From Propionibacterium sp. (GTDB lineage: Bacteria > Actinomycetota > Actinomycetes > Propionibacteriales > Propionibacteriaceae): DNA of 34,671 nucleotides. The DNA is taken from NCBI GenBank assembly GCA_012514785.1, contig JAAYZP010000027.1:1-34671 (forward strand), written 5' to 3'. Below are positions 1 to 7,591 of this stretch, one piece after another. Below the pieces are notes generated by a model. That model saw only the letters and a program-made list of their open reading frames with translations. It was not told where the DNA came from and did not search any database. Every line of letters starts with the position of its first letter. The stretch's first letter is position 1. The translations under genes and the position numbers were made by a program.

Positions 1-144
1 CCAGCTCCTTCGTCGCGGGCGAGCTCAGGGACCGCGTCGCGCCGCGGGCTCAACCGTCAAAGAAGTCAGGACAGGTCACTGCGCTGGTCCGGGGTGGTGT
101 CGACGGACGCTCGCTGCTCAACCATCAAGGAAGGCGAGCCAGGC

Positions 145-843
145 TCACTGCTGGGCTTTGTGATGGTGGTGGTGGCGGGTGGCGGTGCCACTGAGGGCTT
201 CGTGCTCGAGGGCTTCGCTGTGGGCCACCAGTGCGGGGTAGTCGCCGGCGGCCCCTTGGAGCAGCATTTCGATGGCGTGTTCCGCCTCGGCGTCACCCAG
301 GTGCTCGGGGCTGAACATGGCGCGGTAGTGGATCAGGGAGCCGACGAAGTCGAGCAGCAGGTCCCGGTCAATGGTTTCGCGCAGGTCGCCGCGATCAACG
401 GCGCGGTCGAGGGTGTGGCCCACGGCGGTCCGGGCTGGCTCGATGATGGTGGCCAGGTACTGGGCTCGCAGTTCCGGATCCGGGGCGCAGTCGGCGTAGA
501 GGGCGCTGAGGACTTCGGGGCTGATGGTGCGGTAGGAACCCAGGAAGATGTTGAAGCTCTCGTCAATGTCGCACAGCGTGCAGCCGGTATCGGGTGGGGA
601 GGGGATGTCCAGGCGGGCAGCGACAGCGGCCAGCACCAGCGCGGTCCGGCCTGACCATCGCCGGTAGATCGCCGGCCGGGTAGTGCCGGCTCGTTTGGCC
701 ACGGCCTCCAGCGAGACTCCGGGGTAGCCCTCTTCGTCGAGGATCTCCAGCGTCGCGGCGACCAGGGCATCATCAATCTGCTGGCTGCGGGGCCGGCCTC
801 CGGCGCCCTTGGCCGCCGGGACCAGGGAAACGGCGTCTGACAT
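145..843 (-). CDS. TetR/AcrR family transcriptional regulator
   Basis: N-terminal HTH GRPRS...VSLEAVAKRAGTTRPAIYRRW; TetR-type C domain (PDTG...AVDRGDL); divergent from the reductase/MFS operon. Confidence 0.93.
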   Translation of the reverse strand: MSDAVSLVPAAKGAGGRPRSQQIDDALVAATLEILDEEGYPGVSLEAVAKRAGTTRPAIYRRWSGRTALVLAAVAARLDIPSPPDTGCTLCDIDESFNIFLGSYRTISPEVLSALYADCAPDPELRAQYLATIIEPARTAVGHTLDRAVDRGDLRETIDRDLLLDFVGSLIHYRAMFSPEHLGDAEAEHAIEMLLQGAAGDYPALVAHSEALEHEALSGTATRHHHHHKAQQ

Positions 844-866
844 GTGTTCAGTCTACGCCGTAGATC

Positions 867-952
867 CGATACGCCATGTAATTTTTCCTCCGATTGAGGC
901 CAGAAAGGGGTTGTGTGACGCGCGCCACTCAACATACGATACGAACCGTAAT
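867..952. promoter_or_regulatory. Two putative TetR operators (CGATACG-N4-GTAAT at 867-882 and 937-952)
   Basis: The same pseudo-palindromic motif occurs twice, 70 bp apart, in the divergent intergenic region. Confidence 0.6.
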
Positions 953-975
953 GTAATGAATGAAGGGAGGTCGTA

Positions 976-1629
976 ATGACTTCACAAGCAACCCGAGCGC
1001 GTACCCCTGAACGCCCCACGCCCGAGCCGTACATCGGCGAGCCGTTTCTCCACAGCCACCAGCCGGTCCGGGTGCTGCTGATCATCGGCAGCACCAGGCA
1101 GGGCCGCTTCGGTCCCGTCCCGTCGGCCTGGGCCGTTGAACAGGCTCGAATGCGCGACGACGTCGAGCTGGAGGTGATCGATCTGGCCGAGCTGAGCCTG
1201 CCGATGGTGCTGCCCGGAGACGACTACGCCGCCCCGCTACCCGAGAGTGTGACCGAGTTCGCCCGACGAATCGAGGCCGCCGATGCGGTGGTGGTCGTCA
1301 CTCCGGTCTACAACCGTGGGTACCCGGCTTCGTTGAAGAACGCCATCGACTGGGTCTACGACGAGTGGGCCGCCACTCCGGTGGGATTCATCTCCTACGG
1401 AGGCCGCACCGGCGGGATCGAAGCCGTCGAGCAACTGCGCGCCGTCTTCGTGGAGCTCAACACCATGACCATCCGCAAGGTGTTGACCTTCCCCAACTTC
1501 TGGGAGCACTTCACTGACCATGGCGTGGCCACGAACCCTGATGCGATGGCCCGGGCGGCCACGGGGTTCTACGATCAGCTCACCTGGTGGGCCCGCGCAC
1601 TGCGCACCGCACGGAACAGGAGCACCTGA
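976..1629 (+). CDS. NADPH-dependent FMN reductase (flavodoxin-like, SsuE/ChrR family)
   Basis: IIGSTRQGR, TPVYNRGYPASLKNAIDW and SYGGRTGG motifs; SD GGGAGG upstream. Confidence 0.92.
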   Translation: MTSQATRARTPERPTPEPYIGEPFLHSHQPVRVLLIIGSTRQGRFGPVPSAWAVEQARMRDDVELEVIDLAELSLPMVLPGDDYAAPLPESVTEFARRIEAADAVVVVTPVYNRGYPASLKNAIDWVYDEWAATPVGFISYGGRTGGIEAVEQLRAVFVELNTMTIRKVLTFPNFWEHFTDHGVATNPDAMARAATGFYDQLTWWARALRTARNRST

Positions 1630-3206
1630 TGAGCCGCTCCCAACGCAATCACGACGTGCCGGCCCCTGCGGTGGCAGCCGCGGGCACGGGCGTGCGAGCC
1701 ACTTGGAAGGAATGGACCGGCCTCGGCCTGCTGGTGTTGCCGATGCTGGCACTGGCCTCTGACCTGACGGTGCTGTTCCTCGCGTTGCCGACCATGAGCG
1801 TGGACCTGTCTCCCAGCGCGTCCCAGGGGCTCTGGATTACGCATGTCTACGGGTTCTTCATAGCCGGCTTCCTGATCACCATGGGGCGGTTGGGCGACCG
1901 TATCGGTCCACGGAGACTCCTGCTGATCGGCGCCGCCGCCTTCGGCGTGCTGTCGGTCGTCGCGGCCTTCTCGGTCGATGCGCAGATGCTGATCGTCACC
2001 CGTGCCCTGCTGGGTATCGCCGGAGCGACGCTGATGCCCTCACTGTTCTCGCTGCTACGGACCATGTTCGACGACGACACCCAACGTCGACTGGCGATTG
2101 CCATCATGTTCAGCTCCTTCTCCGTCGGCGGGGCGTTCGGCCCACTCCTGGGGGGAGTGCTGCTGGAGTACTTCTGGTGGGGCGCGATCTTCCTCATCAA
2201 CGTCCCGCCGATGGCGCTGCTCGTGCTGCTGGGCACCCGACTCCTGCCCGAACGCACCGACGCCAACAGTGGTCGCCTGGATCTCATCAGCGTCGTCCTC
2301 TCCGTGGTCGGCATGCTCGCTGCGGTCTACGGGCTCCAGGAGCTTGCCGCTGGGCAGGAGACCGGCAGCGGCGGAGCCTGGCCACATCTCGGGATCACTG
2401 CTCTCGGGCTGGTGCTGCTTGGACTCTTCGTGCGCCGACAACGCCGGCTCCGCGAACCGCTCTTCGAAATGACGTTGCTTGCCAATCCCCGTATTGCTGC
2501 GCCGCTGGTCGCGCTGCTGATGGTCGGCATCGGCGTCGTGGGTGTGTTCTTCCTGACCACCCAGTACCTGCAATGGGTCGGCGGGGCCACCGCACTGCAG
2601 GCCGGGCTGTGGACCCTGCCCTACGTGGTGGTCAATATTGCAGGGGCGATGCTCGCACCCTGGGCGGCCGGGCGAATTCGGCCGGCTCTGGTGGTGGCTC
2701 TGGGGCTCGGTGTCGCCGTCGTCGGTGCTGTGCTGCTGGCGCTGCTCGCCGGGCCCGGAGCCTCGGTGCCGATGGTCGTCGGCGGACTTTCGGTGATCGG
2801 CTTCGGCCAGGGTGCCGCTCTGGGTCTGGTCAGCGACCTCATCCTCTCCAACGCGCCGAAGCGCTACACCGGCTCTGCCGCCGCTGCCCAGGAAGTCGGC
2901 GGCGAACTGGGCAGCGCATTGGGCATCGCGGCAGGCGGGGCCGTTGGCATGATCTTCTACCGCGCGTCCCTGGGTCGGCGTGTGCTCGCCGACGTGCCGG
3001 ACGCCGCGGTTGAAGCCGCCGCAGGCAGTATCCACGAAGGGGTCACCACTGCCGAAGCCGTCGGCTCTGGCGGGCAGCAGCTGCTCGACGCCGTGCAGGC
3101 CGCGGTGGCTCATGGTCTGCAGGCCTACGCGGCGATCGGCGCAGGCGTCGTGGGCCTTGCTGCTGTGCTGATCTTTGCCGTGCTGGTCGTCCGGGATCGC
3201 AGCTGA
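1629..3206 (+). CDS. DHA2-family (QacA/SmvA/LfrA-like) MFS efflux transporter
   Basis: DLTVLFLALP motif D1, GRLGDRIGPRR motif A, many TM segments; ATG overlaps the upstream TGA (TGATG). Confidence 0.92.
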   Translation: MSRSQRNHDVPAPAVAAAGTGVRATWKEWTGLGLLVLPMLALASDLTVLFLALPTMSVDLSPSASQGLWITHVYGFFIAGFLITMGRLGDRIGPRRLLLIGAAAFGVLSVVAAFSVDAQMLIVTRALLGIAGATLMPSLFSLLRTMFDDDTQRRLAIAIMFSSFSVGGAFGPLLGGVLLEYFWWGAIFLINVPPMALLVLLGTRLLPERTDANSGRLDLISVVLSVVGMLAAVYGLQELAAGQETGSGGAWPHLGITALGLVLLGLFVRRQRRLREPLFEMTLLANPRIAAPLVALLMVGIGVVGVFFLTTQYLQWVGGATALQAGLWTLPYVVVNIAGAMLAPWAAGRIRPALVVALGLGVAVVGAVLLALLAGPGASVPMVVGGLSVIGFGQGAALGLVSDLILSNAPKRYTGSAAAAQEVGGELGSALGIAAGGAVGMIFYRASLGRRVLADVPDAAVEAAAGSIHEGVTTAEAVGSGGQQLLDAVQAAVAHGLQAYAAIGAGVVGLAAVLIFAVLVVRDRS

Positions 3207-3249
3207 GCGGTGGTCAGGCGTGAGGCAGACAACGCCCGACCGTGGGCAA

Positions 3250-3316
3250 GTTGCCAAAAGTGGCCATCCCAAACCAATGTTTGGCCTTGTCGGGACACGT
3301 GCGTGAAGATTGAATC
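3250..3316 (+). promoter_or_regulatory. Conserved upstream element / leaderless promoter of small ORF copy 1
   Basis: GTTGCCAAAA..GCCA box, then TTGGCC-N18-GAAGAT-N6-ATG; promoter spacing identical to copy 2. Confidence 0.6.
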
Positions 3317-3496
3317 ATGATCGAAATGTTTGCTGTAGTTGTAACTGCCATCCTCGGTGTGTCCGTCGTGACCGCCGGACTCGCCATCGTCACGGCCCGC
3401 GCCGCGAACGGCGTCAAGGCCGCCGTCGCCGCCCGGAGCTCCGACAACCACCGCGCGGACGACGCCGAGCTCGCCCTGTCGGTGCGCGGTGCCTGA
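3317..3496 (+). CDS. Small single-TM membrane peptide, copy 1 (59 aa; MIEMFAVVVTAILGVSVVTAGLAIVTARAANG...)
   Basis: Translated by hand (not in ORF track); 14 of first 18 residues identical to copy 2 with synonymous codon differences; has its own terminator. Confidence 0.78.
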   Translation: MIEMFAVVVTAILGVSVVTAGLAIVTARAANGVKAAVAARSSDNHRADDAELALSVRGA

Positions 3497-3520
3497 TCCG
3501 CTCAATCATTCCCCATCCGC

Positions 3521-3556
3521 AGGGGGCTGACCGAAATTCGGTCAGCCCCCTTTTTT
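3521..3556 (+). terminator. Intrinsic terminator after small ORF copy 1
   Basis: Perfect inverted repeat AGGGGGCTGACCGA-aat-TCGGTCAGCCCCCT running into a T tract. Confidence 0.9.
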
Positions 3557-3610
3557 GTGCGGTGCTACACTCCGCGAAATCCAGGGCATATAACCGTGAT
3601 TCCGTCAAAT

Positions 3611-3677
3611 GTTGCCAAAAAGTGCCAAAGAAAAGTCATATTTGGCCTTGTCGAGCCGGATGGGTGAAACTTAAAAC
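3611..3677 (+). promoter_or_regulatory. Conserved upstream element / leaderless promoter of small ORF copy 2
   Basis: GTTGCCAAAAAGTGCCAAA, then TTGGCC-N18-GAAACT-N6-ATG. Confidence 0.6.
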
Positions 3678-3866
3678 ATGATAGAAATGTTTGTAGTCGT
3701 AGTCACTTCGATCCTCGCCGTCTCCATCGTGGCCAGCCTGCTGGGCACCGAGGCGCACCGCCGCAACGGCACGCTCCACGAGCGCACCACCGATGTTCCG
3801 GAAACCTCCGGCGCACACCACACCCCAGCCCGCGCCGAAGAGCCGGCAGCGCTGAGCGGTGTCTGA
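3678..3866 (+). CDS. Small single-TM membrane peptide, copy 2 (62 aa; MIEMFVVVVTSILAVSIVASLLG...)
   Basis: ORF track; paralog of 3317-3496; hydrophobic N-terminus and polar tail. Confidence 0.78.
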   Translation: MIEMFVVVVTSILAVSIVASLLGTEAHRRNGTLHERTTDVPETSGAHHTPARAEEPAALSGV

Positions 3867-3894
3867 GCCCAACTCCACAACACCCCATCCACCC

Positions 3895-3927
3895 GGGAGC
3901 TGACTCGATCCGAGTCAGCTCCCTTTT
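3895..3927 (+). terminator. Intrinsic terminator after copy 2, overlapping the stop of the convergent GntR gene
   Basis: Perfect 13-bp stem GGGAGCTGACTCG-atc-CGAGTCAGCTCCC followed by TTTT. Confidence 0.88.
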
Positions 3928-4679
3928 CTTTGCCTTGCCTCGTCGATCCGGGCCTGCGCGCTGGCCGATCGCCGCAGCGGGGGGATGATCTCGTCCTCGG
4001 ACGTCACGACGACGAGGTCGTGATCCACATGGTCCGCCATCGCATGGACGGCGTCGATGAAGTCGCCGCGTTTGATGGCGTCGAAGATGCGCAGGTGCTC
4101 CTCCTGCATCGCGTCCGCATCCGAGCCGTGGGTGAGCCGCTCGCGATGCTCCGGGGCCTCGAGCCGGTCGGTGATCCCGGCGTAGAGGGACGCGAGCAGG
4201 CGATTCTGGGCCGCGTCGAACATCAGGTAGTGGAAGCGGCCCGCCATGTCGGCCGGCTCCTCCTCGCTGGCGAACGCCGTGCAGTGGCGGCGACGCAGCT
4301 CCGTCGAGACGGCCGCCTCGAGCGCTTCGATGTCGTCCGGCGTCCTGTTGAGGGCCGCCTGCTGCGCCGCCTCGATGTCGAGTGCCCGCCGGTAGCTCAG
4401 CAACTCCTCCAGCGTGTAGGCGCCCAGGAACTGCGTGAGCAGGGCCGATGACGGGGTGCTGGAGCGGACGAAGGTGCCGCGGCCGGGCAGGGTCTCGAGC
4501 ATGCCCATGCTGGCCAGCGAGCGCACCGCCTCACGGATCGTGGAGCGGCCGACGCTGAGTAGTTCGGTGAGTTCGGGCTCGATCGGGATCCGTTCGCCCA
4601 CGGGCCAGGCGCCGGTGGTGATCTGCCGTCGCAGGAAGTTGAGCGTGTTGCGCGCTCGCTCCGTGCCCTGTGTCTGCAT
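3915..4679 (-). CDS. GntR family (FadR subfamily, FCD domain) transcriptional regulator
   Basis: wHTH GERIPIEPELTELLSVGRSTIREAVRSLASMGMLETLPGRGTFV; FCD His residues (RFHY, EEHL, DHV); start set at MQTQ after SD GGAGG. Confidence 0.92.
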   Translation of the reverse strand: MQTQGTERARNTLNFLRRQITTGAWPVGERIPIEPELTELLSVGRSTIREAVRSLASMGMLETLPGRGTFVRSSTPSSALLTQFLGAYTLEELLSYRRALDIEAAQQAALNRTPDDIEALEAAVSTELRRRHCTAFASEEEPADMAGRFHYLMFDAAQNRLLASLYAGITDRLEAPEHRERLTHGSDADAMQEEHLRIFDAIKRGDFIDAVHAMADHVDHDLVVVTSEDEIIPPLRRSASAQARIDEARQRKGS

Positions 4680-4732
4680 CGCCACCTCCATGTCGGCGAC
4701 GACAGTATAGCTTTGCGGCGCAGCCGCCCGGC

Positions 4733-5644
4733 TCACTCCAGATCCGTGAGCCACGCGTTGATGGCGTCCAGGCCCTCGACGGCGTGCTCCAGCCCCAGCG
4801 CCTGCACCTGGCGGCCCTCCAGCAGCAGCACCCTGTCCTCCGCGCTGCCGGCCAGCGTCGCAATGGCGGGGCTGTCCATGATCGGCTCGAAGAGGCGCCG
4901 GCCGCTGCCGTTCATGTCGATCAGCAGTATTGCGTCGGGGTCGGCCTGCACGACCTGCTCGACGGTGATCGGCGCGGTGGCGGTGAAGCCTAACTCGGCG
5001 CTGACGTCGTCGCCGCCGGCCAGGCGGAGCACCTCGAGAGGGAAGGCTGCGCCGGCGGTGATGAACGGCTGGCCGGCCTGGTTGCCGAGCACCAGCACGC
5101 GGGGGCGTTCGCCGTCCAGCTCCCGCGCGGCCATGCCGGACTCGATCGTGGCGGAGAGCTCCTCGGCCTCGTCGTCCAGGCCGAGGGCTTCGCCGGTGAT
5201 GCGGATGTTCGCCAGCATGTCGTCGACGCTCGCCCACGAGTTGGGCAGGACGATCACCTCGAAGCCCGCGTCGCGCAGCACCGTGCCGACGCCCTCCTCC
5301 AGGCCGTGGCGATCGCTCAGCAGGACGAGGTCGGGCGCGGCCTGGATGACCGCCTCCGCGTTGGTGGTGGTCTCCGTCGCGGCGTGCGTCTCCACGGCCA
5401 CCATGGCCTCGTGGTGGTTGGTGAGCACCGGGTTGGTCACGGCCTCGGGCACCATCACGAGGCGGTCCGCGGCGCCGAGCGCGGCGACGAGTTCCGCCGT
5501 CTCGTAGGTGAGCGCGGCCACGCGCATCGGGTCGTCGTCGGGGGTGGCCGCGACGTCGGGGGCGTCGCCGTCGGTTGTTCCCGAGGCGCAGCCCCCGAGG
5601 AACAACGCGGCCGCAGCGAACGCTGCGATCCATCGCTTCATCAT
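4733..5644 (-). CDS. Iron-chelate/heme/cobalamin-type ABC transporter substrate-binding lipoprotein
   Basis: Lipobox LGGC after MMKRWIAAF; class III SBP motifs (EAVIQAAPDLVL, TVEQVVQADPDAIL); ATGA overlap with the ATPase stop. Confidence 0.9.
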   Translation of the reverse strand: MMKRWIAAFAAAALFLGGCASGTTDGDAPDVAATPDDDPMRVAALTYETAELVAALGAADRLVMVPEAVTNPVLTNHHEAMVAVETHAATETTTNAEAVIQAAPDLVLLSDRHGLEEGVGTVLRDAGFEVIVLPNSWASVDDMLANIRITGEALGLDDEAEELSATIESGMAARELDGERPRVLVLGNQAGQPFITAGAAFPLEVLRLAGGDDVSAELGFTATAPITVEQVVQADPDAILLIDMNGSGRRLFEPIMDSPAIATLAGSAEDRVLLLEGRQVQALGLEHAVEGLDAINAWLTDLE

Positions 5645-6456
5645 GACCTCCTCGATGCCGTCGGCATCATGTGGACGGGGAAGACGGGGCTGAGCCCCTT
5701 GGGCCGGACGAGGCTGAGCGTCGGGGAGCCGGTAGGGGAGTCGAACACCTCGGCCTCGACGCCATACGCCTTCCGCACCACGTCGGGGTGGATCACGGAC
5801 TCGGGCGCGCCGATCTCGACGGTGCCGGAGGAGACGAGTGCGATCAGCGTCGCCCACCGCAATGCCTGGGTGAGGTCGTGCATGGTGACCACGACGATGT
5901 GCCCCGCGGCCGCGCGCTCGTGCAGGGCGTGCATGACGGTGAGCTGGTGGCCGAGGTCGAGGGCGCTGGTCGGCTCGTCGAGCAGCATCACGGGCGCGCC
6001 CTGCGCCAGCACCCGGGCCACCTGCACCAGCTGACGTTCGCCGCCCGAGAGCGTGCTGCACACGCGCATCGCCAGGTGTTCGATCTCGAGGGAAGCGAGC
6101 GCGTGGTGGGCCACGTCGGCAGCGCTGCCGTTGGCGGCGGCGCCGGCCTGGGCGCCGATGCCCACGACGTCGATGGCCCGGAGCTCGTTGGGCGCCGTGC
6201 TCTCCTGGTTCATCAGCGAGATGGTCCGCGCCCGATGGCGGCTCGGTAGGCGGGCGAGGTCCTTCGACCCGTAGCGCACGACGCCCTGGCGGACGCCGCC
6301 GGTGCCGGCGATGGCGCCCAGCAGGCTGGACTTGCCGGCGCCGTTCGGGCCCACGATGCCGAGCAGCGTCCCCGGCTGCACCAGGTAGTCGATGGGGGTG
6401 AACAGGGGCGCGCCGCGCACCGCGGTCAACGACTCGAGGACGAGGGCCTGGCTCAT
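5641..6456 (-). CDS. FecE/HmuV-like ABC transporter ATP-binding protein
   Basis: GPNGAGKS, LSGGERQ, LLDEPTSALD and MHDL motifs; start MSQAL overlaps the permease stop. Confidence 0.93.
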   Translation of the reverse strand: MSQALVLESLTAVRGAPLFTPIDYLVQPGTLLGIVGPNGAGKSSLLGAIAGTGGVRQGVVRYGSKDLARLPSRHRARTISLMNQESTAPNELRAIDVVGIGAQAGAAANGSAADVAHHALASLEIEHLAMRVCSTLSGGERQLVQVARVLAQGAPVMLLDEPTSALDLGHQLTVMHALHERAAAGHIVVVTMHDLTQALRWATLIALVSSGTVEIGAPESVIHPDVVRKAYGVEAEVFDSPTGSPTLSLVRPKGLSPVFPVHMMPTASRRS

Positions 6457-7496
6457 GCTTTCCTTCGGGACAAGAGGAGGAAGAGGAACACCGGGGCGCC
6501 GATGAACGCGCTCACGGCGCCCGTCTGCACGACGGCGTTGCCGAACGCCGTGCGGGCGATCGTGTCCGCGCCGACGAGGAACAGGGCCCCGCAGATGATG
6601 GAGACGGGCAGCAGTTGGGAATGGCGTCCGCCGAGCACCAGGCGCACGGCGTGCGGCACCACGAGCCCCACGAAGCCGATCACGCCCGAGACGGAGACGG
6701 CCGCGCCCGTCACCAGCGAGGTCACCAGCAGCAGGACGAGCCGCGTGCGGTGCACGTCGAAGCCGGAGGTGGCGGCCACGTCGTCGCCGAGCAGGAGGGC
6801 ATCGAGGGCGCGGGTGCGCAGGAGCAGCAGGCCGAGCCCGAGCACCACCGGCAGGATCACGATCCCGGCATGCGACCAGTTGCGGAGCTCCAGGTCCCCG
6901 GCCAGCCAGAACATCGCGCCACGGGCCAGGGCGTCGTCGTCGGCGTTGGCGATGAGCATCGAGATCGTGGCCCCGGCGAAGGCATTGATGGCTACGCCCA
7001 CGAGGATCAGGGTGTGCGGGCTGGCGCCGCGCACGGCCTGCATCACGGCCTGGAGGATCAGCGCGACGACGAGGCTGCCGACGAACGCGGCGATCGGGAC
7101 GCCCCACTGCAGCGACCCCGCCAACCCCATCGTCATGCCCGCAACGGCACCGACGGCGGCACCGGAGGACACGCCGGTCACGCCGGGATCCGCCAGCGGA
7201 TTACGGAACACCGCCTGCAGCGCGACGCCCACGCCAGCCAGCGCGGCCCCGACGATCACGGCGACGACGGTGCGGGGGAGTCGGACCGACCACACGATCG
7301 CGGCCGTCTGCGCGTCGACGCTGGACGGGCTCACGATGGCCCGCATAGTCTCCGCAGCACCCAGGGGGACGAGACCGACGGAGACGCTGAGCAGGATCGC
7401 GCCGAGCAGGACGAGGACGGCCCCGGCTCCTATGGCCAGCGCCCGAGGGGCCCGTGAAGGCCGCCTCGTCGGGGCCTGGGCCAGGGTCTGCGTCAT
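6453..7496 (-). CDS. FecCD/BtuC family ABC transporter permease
   Basis: VRLPR, FRNPLADPGVTGVSSGA and GVIGFVGLVVPH motifs. Confidence 0.94.
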   Translation of the reverse strand: MTQTLAQAPTRRPSRAPRALAIGAGAVLVLLGAILLSVSVGLVPLGAAETMRAIVSPSSVDAQTAAIVWSVRLPRTVVAVIVGAALAGVGVALQAVFRNPLADPGVTGVSSGAAVGAVAGMTMGLAGSLQWGVPIAAFVGSLVVALILQAVMQAVRGASPHTLILVGVAINAFAGATISMLIANADDDALARGAMFWLAGDLELRNWSHAGIVILPVVLGLGLLLLRTRALDALLLGDDVAATSGFDVHRTRLVLLLVTSLVTGAAVSVSGVIGFVGLVVPHAVRLVLGGRHSQLLPVSIICGALFLVGADTIARTAFGNAVVQTGAVSAFIGAPVFLFLLLSRRKA

Positions 7497-7510
7497 CGTG
7501 CTCCGCTGCA

Positions 7511-7543
7511 AAGAGTTCATCTGATCAAGAGTTCGTCTGATGA
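7511..7543. promoter_or_regulatory. Tandem putative GntR/FadR operators (AAGAGTTCRTCTGAT x2)
   Basis: 15-bp direct repeat with 1 mismatch and 16-bp period; each unit contains a pseudo-palindromic TCRTC-T-GAT(C/G)A core; directly upstream of the ABC operon. Confidence 0.62.
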
Positions 7544-7591
7544 TAGTGTCGCGGTAGTCCAGCAACAAATCGGAAGGTTCTCGATCCCAAC

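Noticed and set aside
3317-3866. Small peptides considered as Flp pilins or RiPP precursors
   Set aside because: No G|xxxxEY prepilin motif, no Cys or clear core peptide, and no maturation enzymes nearby
3658-3890. 5'-3' long-range pairing GGATGGG/CCCATCC in copy 2
   Set aside because: Not present in copy 1, and the 5' half lies upstream of the predicted leaderless TSS
3250-3927. Repeats considered as a CRISPR array or IS ends
   Set aside because: Only two degenerate 361-bp units that contain ORFs; no repeat-spacer pattern, cas gene or transposase
4680-5633. Apparent 572-aa GntR with a long N-terminal extension (similar extensions on the ATPase, SBP, aroA, DUF2332 and pdtaS ORFs)
   Set aside because: Extensions are Arg/Pro/Gly-rich off-frame read-through of neighbouring genes; internal starts have an SD, a stop/start overlap or a -10 box
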